A stretch of DNA of 64,000 nucleotides. Source: Octopus sinensis (taxonomy: Eukaryota). The DNA is taken from assembly GCF_006345805.1 (NCBI RefSeq), contig NC_043002.1:112654001-112718000 (forward strand), given 5' to 3'. Position 1 is the stretch's first letter, and each line of letters starts with the position of its first letter. Below, in pieces: positions 25,384 through 36,599 of the stretch. The position numbers were made by a program, and so were the translations under genes. The notes under the pieces were generated by a model. That model worked only from the letters and a program-made list of their open reading frames with translations, searched no databases and was not told the DNA's origin.

Positions 25384-26950
25384 GGAAACAGGTTGAGCCT
25401 CCTCGTGGACTGATTAATGATACAGCTAGTGATGGTGTCACGATAAAAACACTGGTAATTGTGCAACCTGATAATCGCTACCTCATATAAGGGAGAATGA
25501 AAAAACACAATTCTGTGAATAACGGTGGTAACAGTGATGGTGACATTGTTGCACCCGGCAGGCTCAGCGATTATGGTCCAGCTCCAGCCTGTCGATATCC
25601 AGAAAGGGACCACCACACACGTCTTAGATGGAGCAAACAAATTGATGCTGAGGTCATGGAGTGTTACTACCTGAGCAGCCCGGTAGATGAAAATGGTGCT
25701 CAAATTAGGGGTTACTAACGACGTATATATGATCAACTAACGGAACAGAGACTAAGTGATCAAGCTAGAGCAATAGGAAAAATCGTTGGTTCACAGAAGT
25801 AGAGCTCGAAGCTATCAAAAGACGGGTCAACGAAAATAGCAGCTGAGATAATGATAAAAATACAGTTCTTACTAATAAGAGTAATCTCATAGCATAAGAA
25901 AGGAGCAGAGGTAGTTTGCTTGATGAGAGATATATAGATGATCTAAATGAAGGCAACAAAACTAATGGTGACATGACAGACGAACAAAAAACAATCTACG
26001 ACAGAATAATGGAAAGATTACAGGAGAACGATAGGGAAATTATTCGCAACCTTTTTAAGGTTGATCGATGTAAATTGAACCAAGAAACGAAAATTGTCAA
26101 TGAAATTCTGAAATACATCTGAACAAACAACATCACAGAAACAAATAATTTGATCAAGGCAGCAAGTATTGTTGTAGCAGAAAATGTGGGTGTTGAAGTC
26201 AAGAAAACGAAACATAATTGGAGTGACAAAAGAAAAGATCCATGGTGGAAAAGAAGAATACAAGCAGGGTGAGACATGATCTCGAAGGAAATCTGTGTTA
26301 GATCGAAAAGAGAAAGGGGAGCTTCAAAGCGAAGAAAAATACAGGGCGCTGAAAAGGAAATGTAATATTGAAAAATGGGCCTAAAGTGGTAATGGAGGAA
26401 CCAAAACAGCGCCTCGTTGCAAAGAAAGCAAAGATGGTAAGATACGACCACAGAGTGAAGGGTTACCACCAGAATAGGTTATTCAGAGTAGATCAGAAGA
26501 GATTCTATAAAGAAATAAATGAAGAGTGTACAGATGAAAAGTTGATACCAGATAACATTGAAAGTTAAAGGTTTTGGAGTGACATCTGGAGCTAAGACAA
26601 GGAGCACAAGAAAGATGCTGAATGGTTGCAAGAACTGAAACAAACAGTAGTCTGTCCCAAGCAGGTAGAACTAGTCATTTCAGTTAGGGAAGTGAAGGAA
26701 ATCAGCAAAAAAATGAGCAACTGGAAGAACCCCCCACCACCACCAAGACCAGATGGAGTTCAAGGCTACTGGATCAAAAGATTTGGTGAATGTTATGCAC
26801 GAATAGCTGCGCAACTCAACACCTTGTTTAATACCGACCAAGTAACACCATACTGGTTGATATTGGGTAGGAGAGTTCTGTGCCTGGAAACAATCGAAAA
26901 CGGCAATAGGGTAGAAAATTACAGGCCGATATCCTCAAATTTACGAAGAT
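25382..26950 (+). mobile_element. Second R4/Dong-like element, 5' portion only, degenerate
   Basis: Starts directly after (TAA)n; frames give RWSKQIDAEVMECYYLS.P...IRGY, DPWWKRRI, YHQNRLFRVDQKRFYKE, PDGVQGYWIK and ENYRPIS (start of RT), then the element stops. Confidence 0.88.
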
Positions 26951-27111
26951 AAGTATATTCCATTAGATTTACTCCAGCATTCAAATATACTTACAGTATC
27001 AGCTCTTAAATGCTAAAAAGCAGTGAACCTCAACAGGATTTGAAATCAGAGCATAAAAGGACAAAAATAAAGAGCAAATAATATACTTTAAGCAACCTGT
27101 CATGGGTAGCT

Positions 27112-27497
27112 GTGGAGGTGCAATGGCCCAGTGGTTAGGGCAGCGGACTCGCGGTCATAGGATCGCGGTTTCGATTCCCAGACCGGGCGTTGTGAGTGTT
27201 TATTGAGCGAAAACACCTAAAGCTCCACGAGGCTCCGACAGGGGATGGTGGTGATCACTGCTGTACTCTTTCACCACAACTATCTCTCACTCTTACTTCC
27301 TGTTTCTGTTGTACCTGTATTTCAAAGGGCCGGCCTTGTCACTCTCTGTGTCACGCTGAATATCCCCGAGAACTACGTTAAGGGTACACGTGTCTGTGGA
27401 GTGCTCAGCCACTTACACGTTAATTTCACGAGCAGGCTGTTCCGTTGATTCGGATCAACCGGAACCCTCGTCGTCGTAACCGACGGAGTGCTTCCAC
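27112..27497 (+). mobile_element. SINE family B, full length
   Basis: TSD CATGGGTAGCT at 27101-27111 and 27498-27508. Confidence 0.96.
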
Positions 27498-27959
27498 CAT
27501 GGGTAGCTGCCAATTCATATTCCTTTGCATAACAATATTAAATTAAGGTTGTTGAAATTTTGGCAGAATCATGAAGAGAAAATTTAAAGAGGTTACAACA
27601 TTTTCATATTTTTTGTTTTTTTGTTTTTCTGTTATTTTATATGATGCATTTTGTGAACCCTAATATCACTGGATATAGGTTTCCAACAGGCCAATGAGAT
27701 TTTTCGCTGCATTTCCAAAGATGTGAATAACAAAAAATGTCTGAAACTCAGACGGAATATACACGATACTGGATGTATTTAAATTGAGCTCACCGGTTCA
27801 TCGATTTATACATATGAATTTATCGATGAAATATTCGCCTACGTGCACATATACACGCGTGCACATGTACACACATACACACACAGACACACACTCACAC
27901 ACACACACACACACGCACACGCACACATATATATGTACACTCATATATATATATATATA

Positions 27960-28270
27960 TCCTCATACACATATATAGATACACATGTATATGTGTGTGT
28001 ATTATATAAATACATGCTTACATACATACATATATACATACATACATACATACATACATACATGCATACATACATACATGAATGCATGCATACATACATA
28101 CATACATACATGCATCCATGCATACATACATACATGCATACATACATACATACATACATACATAAATACATACATACATACATACATGCATACATACATA
28201 AATACATACATACATACATACATACATACATACATACATACATACATACATACATACATACATACATACA
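27960..28270. repeat. (TACA)n/(TGCA) tetranucleotide tract
   Basis: Directly visible. Confidence 0.95.
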
Positions 28271-28448
28271 AATTACTGAGTGTGCATTTAAGTTGCAAAC
28301 TGTTTCATTTCCGGTGGGATTTTACAAACATCAAAATAATTACCATGAATTTTCAATAAATAAGGAACTGAATGGAAAGAGATGGGCAAGAAGGATGGCA
28401 TGTGCATAAGAAGATGAGTAGATAAGCAAAGTACTAACAAAATTAAAA

Positions 28449-28773
28449 GGAGCACTCCGTCGGTTACGACGACGAGGGTCCCAGTTGATCTGATCAACGG
28501 AACAGCCTGCTCGTGAAATTAACGTGCAAGTGACAGAGCAATCCACAGACACGTGTACCCCTAACGTAGTTCTCAGGGAGATTCAGCGTGACACAAAGTG
28601 TGACAAGGCCGACCGTTTGATATACAGGTACAACTCATTTTTACCAGCTGAGGGGACTGGAGCAACGTGAAATAAAGTGTCTTGCTCAAGGACTCAACGC
28701 GTCGCCGGGAATCGAACTCACGACCTTACAATCGCGAGCCGAATGCCCTAACCACTAAGCCACGCGCCTTCAC
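28449..28773 (-). mobile_element. SINE with a different tRNA head + CORE-like domain joined to the family-B 3' module
   Basis: Minus: GTGAAGGCGCGTGGCTTAGTGGTTAGGG..GAGTTCGATTCCC, then CCTTGAGCAAGACACTTTATTTCACGTTGCTCCAGT (CORE-like), then the TGTACCTGTA..GTCACGCTGAATCTCCC..CGTCGTAACCGACGGAGTGC module of family B; imperfect TSD ACAAAA(T/G)TAAAA. Confidence 0.88.
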
Positions 28774-29761
28774 TGACAAAAGTAAAAACAAAGGTTGCAC
28801 ACCATTTGGGATAAGCGAAGAATAAGAGAAATTAATATATTGGTAAGTTTGAAAAGTAAGCAACTGTTACGATTGGTTGTCCTGGGAACTAATTGGAACG
28901 GGTGAAGATTTTTGAAAAGCGTCTGAGGAATGTTGGTTGTTAGAAGAAGGGTAACAATTTTATTACTCGGTTAAACTGCTAAGTGTTGGTTAAGAAGACT
29001 GTTAATGGAATTACGATTTTGGTTTCAAAGTTTGGCTCATGGCCAACAGATTCGTCGTAGGTCTTCAACTTTTATCTCTTCAGTAAACCTTTAGTACTTA
29101 AATTGGCTATATCTAGCCGAAATATTTTACCTCTTTAATAGCGAAATCGGCCGTATCCGGCTTCTCAAACCTGTACTACAATGTCATTCTAAAAATAAAC
29201 AATCTTGAAGCTACAAGATAATGCATAATCAATTTTAAAAAATGTGACTAAATAAGTACTACTTTTCACAGAATCCTTTTAATGCTAAAGGGTTAAGACT
29301 TCATGCTTAATTATTGCATCTTATATTAGCCACCTATACAATCATAGCATTCATAATCATAATCATTTAATTCATTTAATTCTTCTAACGTTTTCACGTT
29401 TTAAAACTTATTAACCATGACCTTTTAAACACCATTTATTCCCAAATGCTTCATTTCAATACCTTGGGATCTTCTTCAGCCCCTTGGTTATACTTCTATA
29501 TGTTATTAATATCTTAATTCCATTAAGGGGGCGAGATGGCATAATTGTTAGCACGCGGGGCAAAATGATTAACGGCATTCCATCCGTCTTTGCGGTCTTA
29601 GTTCGAATACTGCAGGAGTTGATTTTACCCTGGGGGGGGGGGAATCGAAAACCGTCTAATCATCAGGGTTCTCCGAAATGAGAGGAAAATGCTAAATAAA
29701 TAATTATCCAAAATGTTTAATAACTCTTTTTCCTCTCTATAAATACAGGAGTAGCCGTGTA

Positions 29762-29923
29762 GGCGCAAGCGTGGCAGTGTGGTAAGAGGCTTGCTAACCA
29801 ACCACATGGTTCCGAGTTCAGACCCACTGCATAGCACCTTGTGCAAGTGTCTTCTACTGTAGCCTCGGGCCGACCAAAGCCTTGTGAGCGGATTTGGTAG
29901 AAGGAAACTGAAAGACGCTTGTC

Positions 29924-29955
<32 letters not shown>
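29762..29955 (+). mobile_element. SINE family A, 5' half only, ending in its internal (TA)n
   Basis: Matches the family A head through GAAACTGAAAGA, then (TA)n; 3' half absent. Confidence 0.85.
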
Positions 29956-29962
<7 letters not shown>

Positions 29963-31469
29963 CTGCCCTGCATTAGTTGTTAATTCCTAAACAATTATTG
30001 GCTCTGTCAGTGAAAGGGAATCGCTTTATAGAACCTAGATGTTTCAAAAGGAAAGATCATCCTGATGAAATTTGAACACCGAAGGATTAAACGTTTTTTG
30101 TGTGTGTGTGTGAGTGATATACTCACTCTTTCTGCCAACACATCTCTACCATTAACGTAAGATTGGAAAATTATTTATCTTGTGGTTTAAAAATATATCT
30201 GTTCACTGTTAAATCTCGCAAATAGATCAAAGTGTTGATTAAACTGAATAAATAAGATTTAAATAACTTATTTCTAAAATTATTTCTACTAAACGTTTAG
30301 TGTAGTACCTAGTTAAAATAGACAAAATTATGGCGTGTTTGATAGATGTGATAGACGTGCGTGCACTGTGTGTGTGGGTGACCATTCTATGGCCAACGAG
30401 CCGTGATTGAAAGACAAAAATAATAAATCATATTTTCAATCTAATCTCTGCAAAGATAGAATTGTTTTTGGTTTTGGTTACAGCTTGATTCTCCATCAGC
30501 ACGAAAAGAGTTGATGCGCAAACAGAATCCATAAACAGGTCTTGCTAGAAGTTGGTCTGGCGCCAACAGAATAGATTTCTCAGACATTTTCTGATTCCCT
30601 ACACTGGAACCCTAAACTACTGAAACCGATCCTTCACACCCTCTTCCTCACATGGTGTTGCTGTATGTTTGTGCTTATCTGCACATGGAATAGAAACTTT
30701 GTATTCGAATCAGCAGCAGCCATTTCATTGTGTATTTCAGAAAAGCAATGAATATTATTTGCTGTGATATACTATCGACTATATTCCTGTCTAAAAGTGT
30801 TGGACTTAATACCCAATTAATAGAAACCAATTCATTATGAAATATGAAATAAAACCAGTTCTGTTGAAGTGAAATATCGTGAGAGTGAAACTGTTTATCT
30901 GCTAAAGGGAACAAATAAATAAAACTTGGTAAGACGTACTAATGAGGGTGGGACTACATGGATGTTTGAAATCATAGTCAAACCACCCTCAAATCTCTTA
31001 TTTATCTTAATGAATAGAAAGTTCCCACTAGATAATACAACCCCCAAGTGCAGTCCTATTCTAAAAATAAAATAGGATGGTCAGATATGGAAAATATCTT
31101 CGACTATCAGTTTGTTCAATTAGGACTGACCTAGAACTAAATAACAACCTTCTAGGTCTCTGAAACTATTTGCCTGTCGAGGAACCTGAATACCGAAGAA
31201 AGACTCTTCTAAACTTGTTCATAACTCGAGAAACTTGGTGTCTAAATTAAAACACGGCACATTATATTTTGAAGCTGACTCTTTCTAAATTGAAAATATG
31301 CATGAACGTACGTACATCATGTGGTACAGACACAGAGTGAATAACAAGCATTCCCGCACACATGCATTTTCATACACGCGCGCGCACACACACATATACA
31401 CACACATATCTATATATGTACAGATTATTATACAGTTACATAGATATATACAATTATACATACATATAT

Positions 31470-31978
31470 ATTATACATAGATACATACACTCATATATAC
31501 ATACATACATACATACATACATACATACATGCATGCATACATACATACATACATACATGCATGCATGCATACATACATACATACATACATACATGCATGC
31601 ATGCATGCATGCATACATACATACATACATACATACATACATACATACATACATACATGCATGCATGCATACATACACACACACATACATACATACATAC
31701 ATAATACATACATACATGCATACATACATAATACATACATACATACATATATAATACATACATACATACATGCATGCATGCATACATACACACACACATA
31801 CATACATACATACATACATACATGCATGCATGCATGCATACATACATACATACATACATACATACATACATGCATGCATACATACATACATACATGCATA
31901 CATACATACATACATACATACATACATACATACATGCATGCATACATACAGACATACATACATGAATACATACATACA

Positions 31979-32009
<31 letters not shown>

Positions 32010-32010
32010 G
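31470..32010. repeat. ~540-bp (TACA)n/(TGCA)n tract
   Basis: Directly visible. Confidence 0.97.
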
Positions 32011-32658
32011 CGTCATACAAACATGTAAATTTATTGAAACAGAGGAAAGTTACAAGTATCGTAAAACTGTGTTGATACAATGAGTATGGTTGGACGGACA
32101 AAGGAATACTCCAGACTTCAGGATGTATGGCACTCAGCGATAACCGCAATCAATAATGTATTCCATGCGTTTTTGTTGTTCTTGTACTAATACCGATATT
32201 TGTGATACAAGTTTGGATACCAGAAGAAAACTGCAGCTATTGATTCTATTAACACTAAGATATTAACCACTTCTAGTGAACTTCCATATCAATAGTGACA
32301 CAAAATCTGTTAAATTGAGTGATAAAGGCAGAAGCATAAGTCAGCCGAATTGGCCCTTAAGGGCCTAATCGTATCAATCAAATACCAACTGCTAAACAGT
32401 AAATGGAGACTGAGTACATTATATATCTCCTTAACCGTGAAAAATGATAACATCTTGCGAGTTCACAATGGTCACCTGGACAGATACTCTGAATGTGTAT
32501 GTTTTCTATGACACAATGGTAGCTGGGCTAACCAACTTAAACAAAAACTTGGGAGAGAAACATTCATTGTACCACCGAAAATTAAGCACGACTACCTATT
32601 CCTAGAGGATTTCAACAATATGGAGAAAAAGAGTAGCTTCTTGCTTGCTTATAACAAA

Positions 32659-33054
32659 CTAGCAGTATCGCCCGGCGTTGCTCGGGTTTGTAAGGGAAAT
32701 AACTATATAAGCATTTTTAGAGATGTAAAGTATAATAGCCATCTCAATATGGCTAACCACAAAGGGGGGGGTGTTACTATAGCTTTTTACGTTCTGAGAT
32801 TTAATAATAAATTTTTAGAGAGTTACTTCCCTTATATATGCCAAAAATGCATTACAAATGGGAAAAATTGATGGTAAATTTTTTTTTAATCGTAGACTCA
32901 TCATAGACGCGCGCTAATACCCAGAAGGGCTCGATATGAATCCCGATTATAAGATACCCGGTTTTGGTTAAACTGCACCGCAAAATGTGGGAGTAGTTAG
33001 GAATCTAAATCGTAGGAGACAGACAGCACACAACCCCTCTTTTGTATATAAAGA
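32659..33054 (-). mobile_element. Non-autonomous Helitron, copy 2
   Basis: A|TC 5' end (plus strand GA at 33053-33054), 3' hairpin and CTAG|T at 32659. Confidence 0.92.
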
Positions 33055-33726
33055 TATATAACATCCTCTTAGAAAAGATACACACTTTACTTTTTTGGAA
33101 CCAGCGACAATTTCTAAATTGTTTATCTTATGAGATAGATAATGTTACCGAAACTATTGACAATGCCAACCCATGCAAAGAAATTGTCTGAAACAAAAAG
33201 GCACATCAGAATGTAACCGAGTCTTTAAAATAAGGTATACATATAGATCATTCCTACAAAAACAGTCATCCAATAGAAATACATTAGAGCTGTTAATGTT
33301 CTACATGCACTACAGTGGGAGTCATCTTCGCAACAGATATAAATGTATCGTCTAAAGTTGTAGAAAAATTAACAAGCACGATGAACTAAAGCAAAACATA
33401 TACTCTTACATCGGAAGTATGGATTCTTATAATTATCTATCAAAGATGCAGTTGGGTAGGTAACAAAATAATTTCAAAAAAGCTTAGTAATGATGAAAGT
33501 AAACTGAAAAATATAATCGATTATTGGTATAGTTAAAATTTGTAACATATTCTATACATTTTCTACCAGAGTTTTCTGAACAAGCAAATATGCATTAAGC
33601 CTCAGTATGTAGCACAACTATAGCACAACTGTACACACACAGACACAGACACACACGCACAAACAGACAGACACACACACATACATCCATCCACACGCAC
33701 GCACACACACACACACACACACACAT

Positions 33727-33782
<56 letters not shown>

Positions 33783-33869
33783 GACTTTTGTGTGTCTGTG
33801 TGTGGTGCGTATGCTCCTTCTGGATTCGAAAATGAGGTCGGGTCGCACAATTTTGTGGTCATTTTCAGG

Positions 33870-34640
33870 CAATATTTAGATTTGCTTCTAATCTACGTTG
33901 CCGTTTTTAATGTTTTCGGTATCAAAAAATGCAACAATCTGCAAGGGGTTTATGAGTACATTTTTTATGCACAAAACCTTATTTGTCAACGGAACATGCT
34001 TTTTGGGAACAATTATTGGCACATATTCCGTCAATAATAGCATTTGTGCCACAACTAAAATGCCAATGTTAACGTCTTCAGTATTCCATGATTAAACAAT
34101 GTCTTTGAAGTATTGTGGTGCCATTTCTTTGCACAAAGCCCTATTTTTCAACAGAAAATTTCCTAATGAACCGTGTTTCTGGCATAATTGTGATCGCTTC
34201 TGGCATTACTACCAAAAACAACTTGTCCATATAGATTTCCTTAGTAGCAAATGACACAGAAATGCCAAACGAACGTTCTCAGATTTAAATTCAATAAAAT
34301 TTCCCCAAGTATTATGCACAGTAACAGCCTATATCCGTTCAGATTGTGTAAAGACGGGAAGCAATGACTAAACCTTCCAGCTTTTTTGTCTTTAACATTT
34401 TTCCCCTTTATTCAACACAGTTTATGCAAATTTGCTTATCGTTATTACTATATATTCATGCCTATTATTCATTCCATAAGCAGCAAATTTCGTGAGGATT
34501 TTGCCACAATCTCCCTAATTTTCACAGTGGTTGAGCGTGTACTATAATGCTGGTGGTGCGATGGAAAACAAATATCTGATCTGATAACCTCAAAGAAGAT
34601 AACAACAACACCGTGCATCAATGTGAGGGCAAATGAAGGT
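33870..34640 (-). mobile_element. Possible highly decayed piggyBac-like transposase relic
   Basis: Minus-strand fragments IYMDKLF and SWNTEDVNIG loosely resemble piggyBac DNFF and WNDN..V motifs; no TIR or TTAA ends found. Confidence 0.25.
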
Positions 34641-34972
34641 CACATACACACATGAGTCCGCCCATGGTGCGTGTCTCTTCGTTGGTCGGGCTGCACACCG
34701 TGTTCACTGGTTGGCACAATTTCAGATCAATTTTTCCTTATCAGAGACATTGTACTGCAATACCAGTTGGTCGTGGTGTTATTGTTATCAACGATCCAGA
34801 CAACGCTGGAGTGCACTGTGTGTGGTGCTTACATTCCGCTTGAAGTCGAAAATTGAATACATGCATTACAAATATATATATATATATATATATAATAAAA
34901 TATTAGGGAATAAATCCAAACTTACAGGGAAAAATCAGATTTAGGATTGAATCCAATTTTATAGTAAAATAT

Positions 34973-35514
34973 TATATTATATTAAATTAGAGATAAAACC
35001 CCTATTGGGCAAATCAAACAATGAAAAACTTAATCCAATACATAAAATTAATTAATTTATATTATTTTAAATATATATATCAAAAGTATTAAAAGTTTAA
35101 TAAAAGATAATGAGTAAAACACTACGATCGTTTCATGGCTGTCCAATTCGTAATAATTCGAGTTATGGTTACAGTCAATCTTCAGGTAATTGAAATATCT
35201 AAAATATAATCAGAAATATTTAAACAATATTTTAAAGATATAAATAATATAATAATTTTACTTATTATAAACTCTATTATCAAACTAGAAACATAGAACT
35301 TAACAATTATGATTATATCAAAATCGACTATAATGTTAAATATTATTACGAATTGGACAGCCATGAAACGATCGTAGTGTTTTACTCATTATCTTTTATT
35401 AAACTTTTAATACTTTTGATATATATTTAAAATAATATAAATTAATTAATTTTATGTATTGGATTAAGTTTTTCATTGTTTGATTTGCCTAATAGTGGTT
35501 TTATCTCTAATTTA

Positions 35515-35525
<11 letters not shown>
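34973..35525. repeat. Near-perfect inverted repeat (~185-bp arms, ~184-bp spacer), probably PLE-derived
   Basis: 34973-35157 is the reverse complement of 35342-35525 with only a few differences. Confidence 0.9.
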
Positions 35526-35582
<57 letters not shown>

Positions 35583-35612
35583 TGTATGTATGTATGTATG
35601 TATGTATGTATG

Positions 35613-35644
<32 letters not shown>

Positions 35645-35657
<13 letters not shown>

Positions 35658-35704
35658 GAATGTGTAGGGCATAACATCCAGGCAACGCCGGAATGAATTG
35701 CTAG
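35645..35704 (+). mobile_element. Candidate ~60-bp mini-Helitron
   Basis: TCC(A)GGC-AAC-GCCGGA hairpin at 35677-35692, then CTAG|T at 35701-35705; the 5' end merges into (TA)n. Confidence 0.6.
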
Positions 35705-35963
35705 TATATGTATGTGTATGTGTGTGTTAATACATACATGCATACATACATACATACGTTCATACATACATACATACATGAGTTATTACATGCACTCACG
35801 AACTAATGAGACATGTACACACATTACATGAGTACAAGTACATTCACATATATAAAGACGTGCAAATTTATGTACTCTTTGGAACTGTCTTGACTCAGAG
35901 AACGTCGTTGCTTTGTGACTGGTTTGAATTCTCCGAAGACATTAAATAGATACCTAAATAAAA

Positions 35964-36382
35964 CAGGAGTGGCTGTGTGGTAAGTAGCTTGTTTACCAAC
36001 CACATGGTTCCGGGTTCAATCTCACTGCATGGCACCTTGGGCAAGTGTCTTCTACTATGGCCTCGGGCCGACCAAAGCTTTGTGAGTGGATTTGGTAGAC
36101 GGAAACTGAAAGAAGCCCGTCGTATATATGTATATATATATTTATATGTGTGTGTGCGTGTATGTTTGTGTGTCTGTGTTTGTCCCCCTAGCATTGCTTG
36201 ACAACCGATGCTGGTGTGTTTATGTCCCCGTTACTTAGCGGTTCGGCAAAAGAGACCGATAGAATAAGTACTGGGCTTACAAAGAATAAGTCCCGGGGTC
36301 AAGTTGCTCGATTAAAGGTGGTGCTCCAGCATGGCCGCAGTCAAATGACTGAAACAAGTAAAAGAGTAAAAGTAAAAGAGTA
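35964..36382 (+). mobile_element. SINE family A, nearly full length
   Basis: Consensus match; lacks the first few nucleotides. Confidence 0.93.
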
Positions 36383-36599
36383 TACATGCTGACATACTCG
36401 CATACATTTATTGTTAATGCATTCTGAGCCAAGGTAGACCCGTAACTTAAAAATGAAATTTCAATACTCCTACGAAACATTTCTCTGATACTTGCAATTA
36501 AGGCATATAACACAGAAAATACCTTCACAAAACTTCATAAAGATTTTAAACAGAAATTAAAAAAGGTAGTCAGAGATGAAACTAAAAACTAAATTCTAT

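Noticed and set aside
27112-27190. tRNA-like sequences at SINE heads (also 687, 28700, 57624, 61717)
   Set aside because: A/B boxes are present but they continue into SINE bodies with TSDs; not standalone tRNA genes.
30465-30540. Possible small exon after TTTTGGTTACAG (LDSPSARKELMRKQNP*)
   Set aside because: Stops within 17 codons, with no homology or partner exons recognisable.
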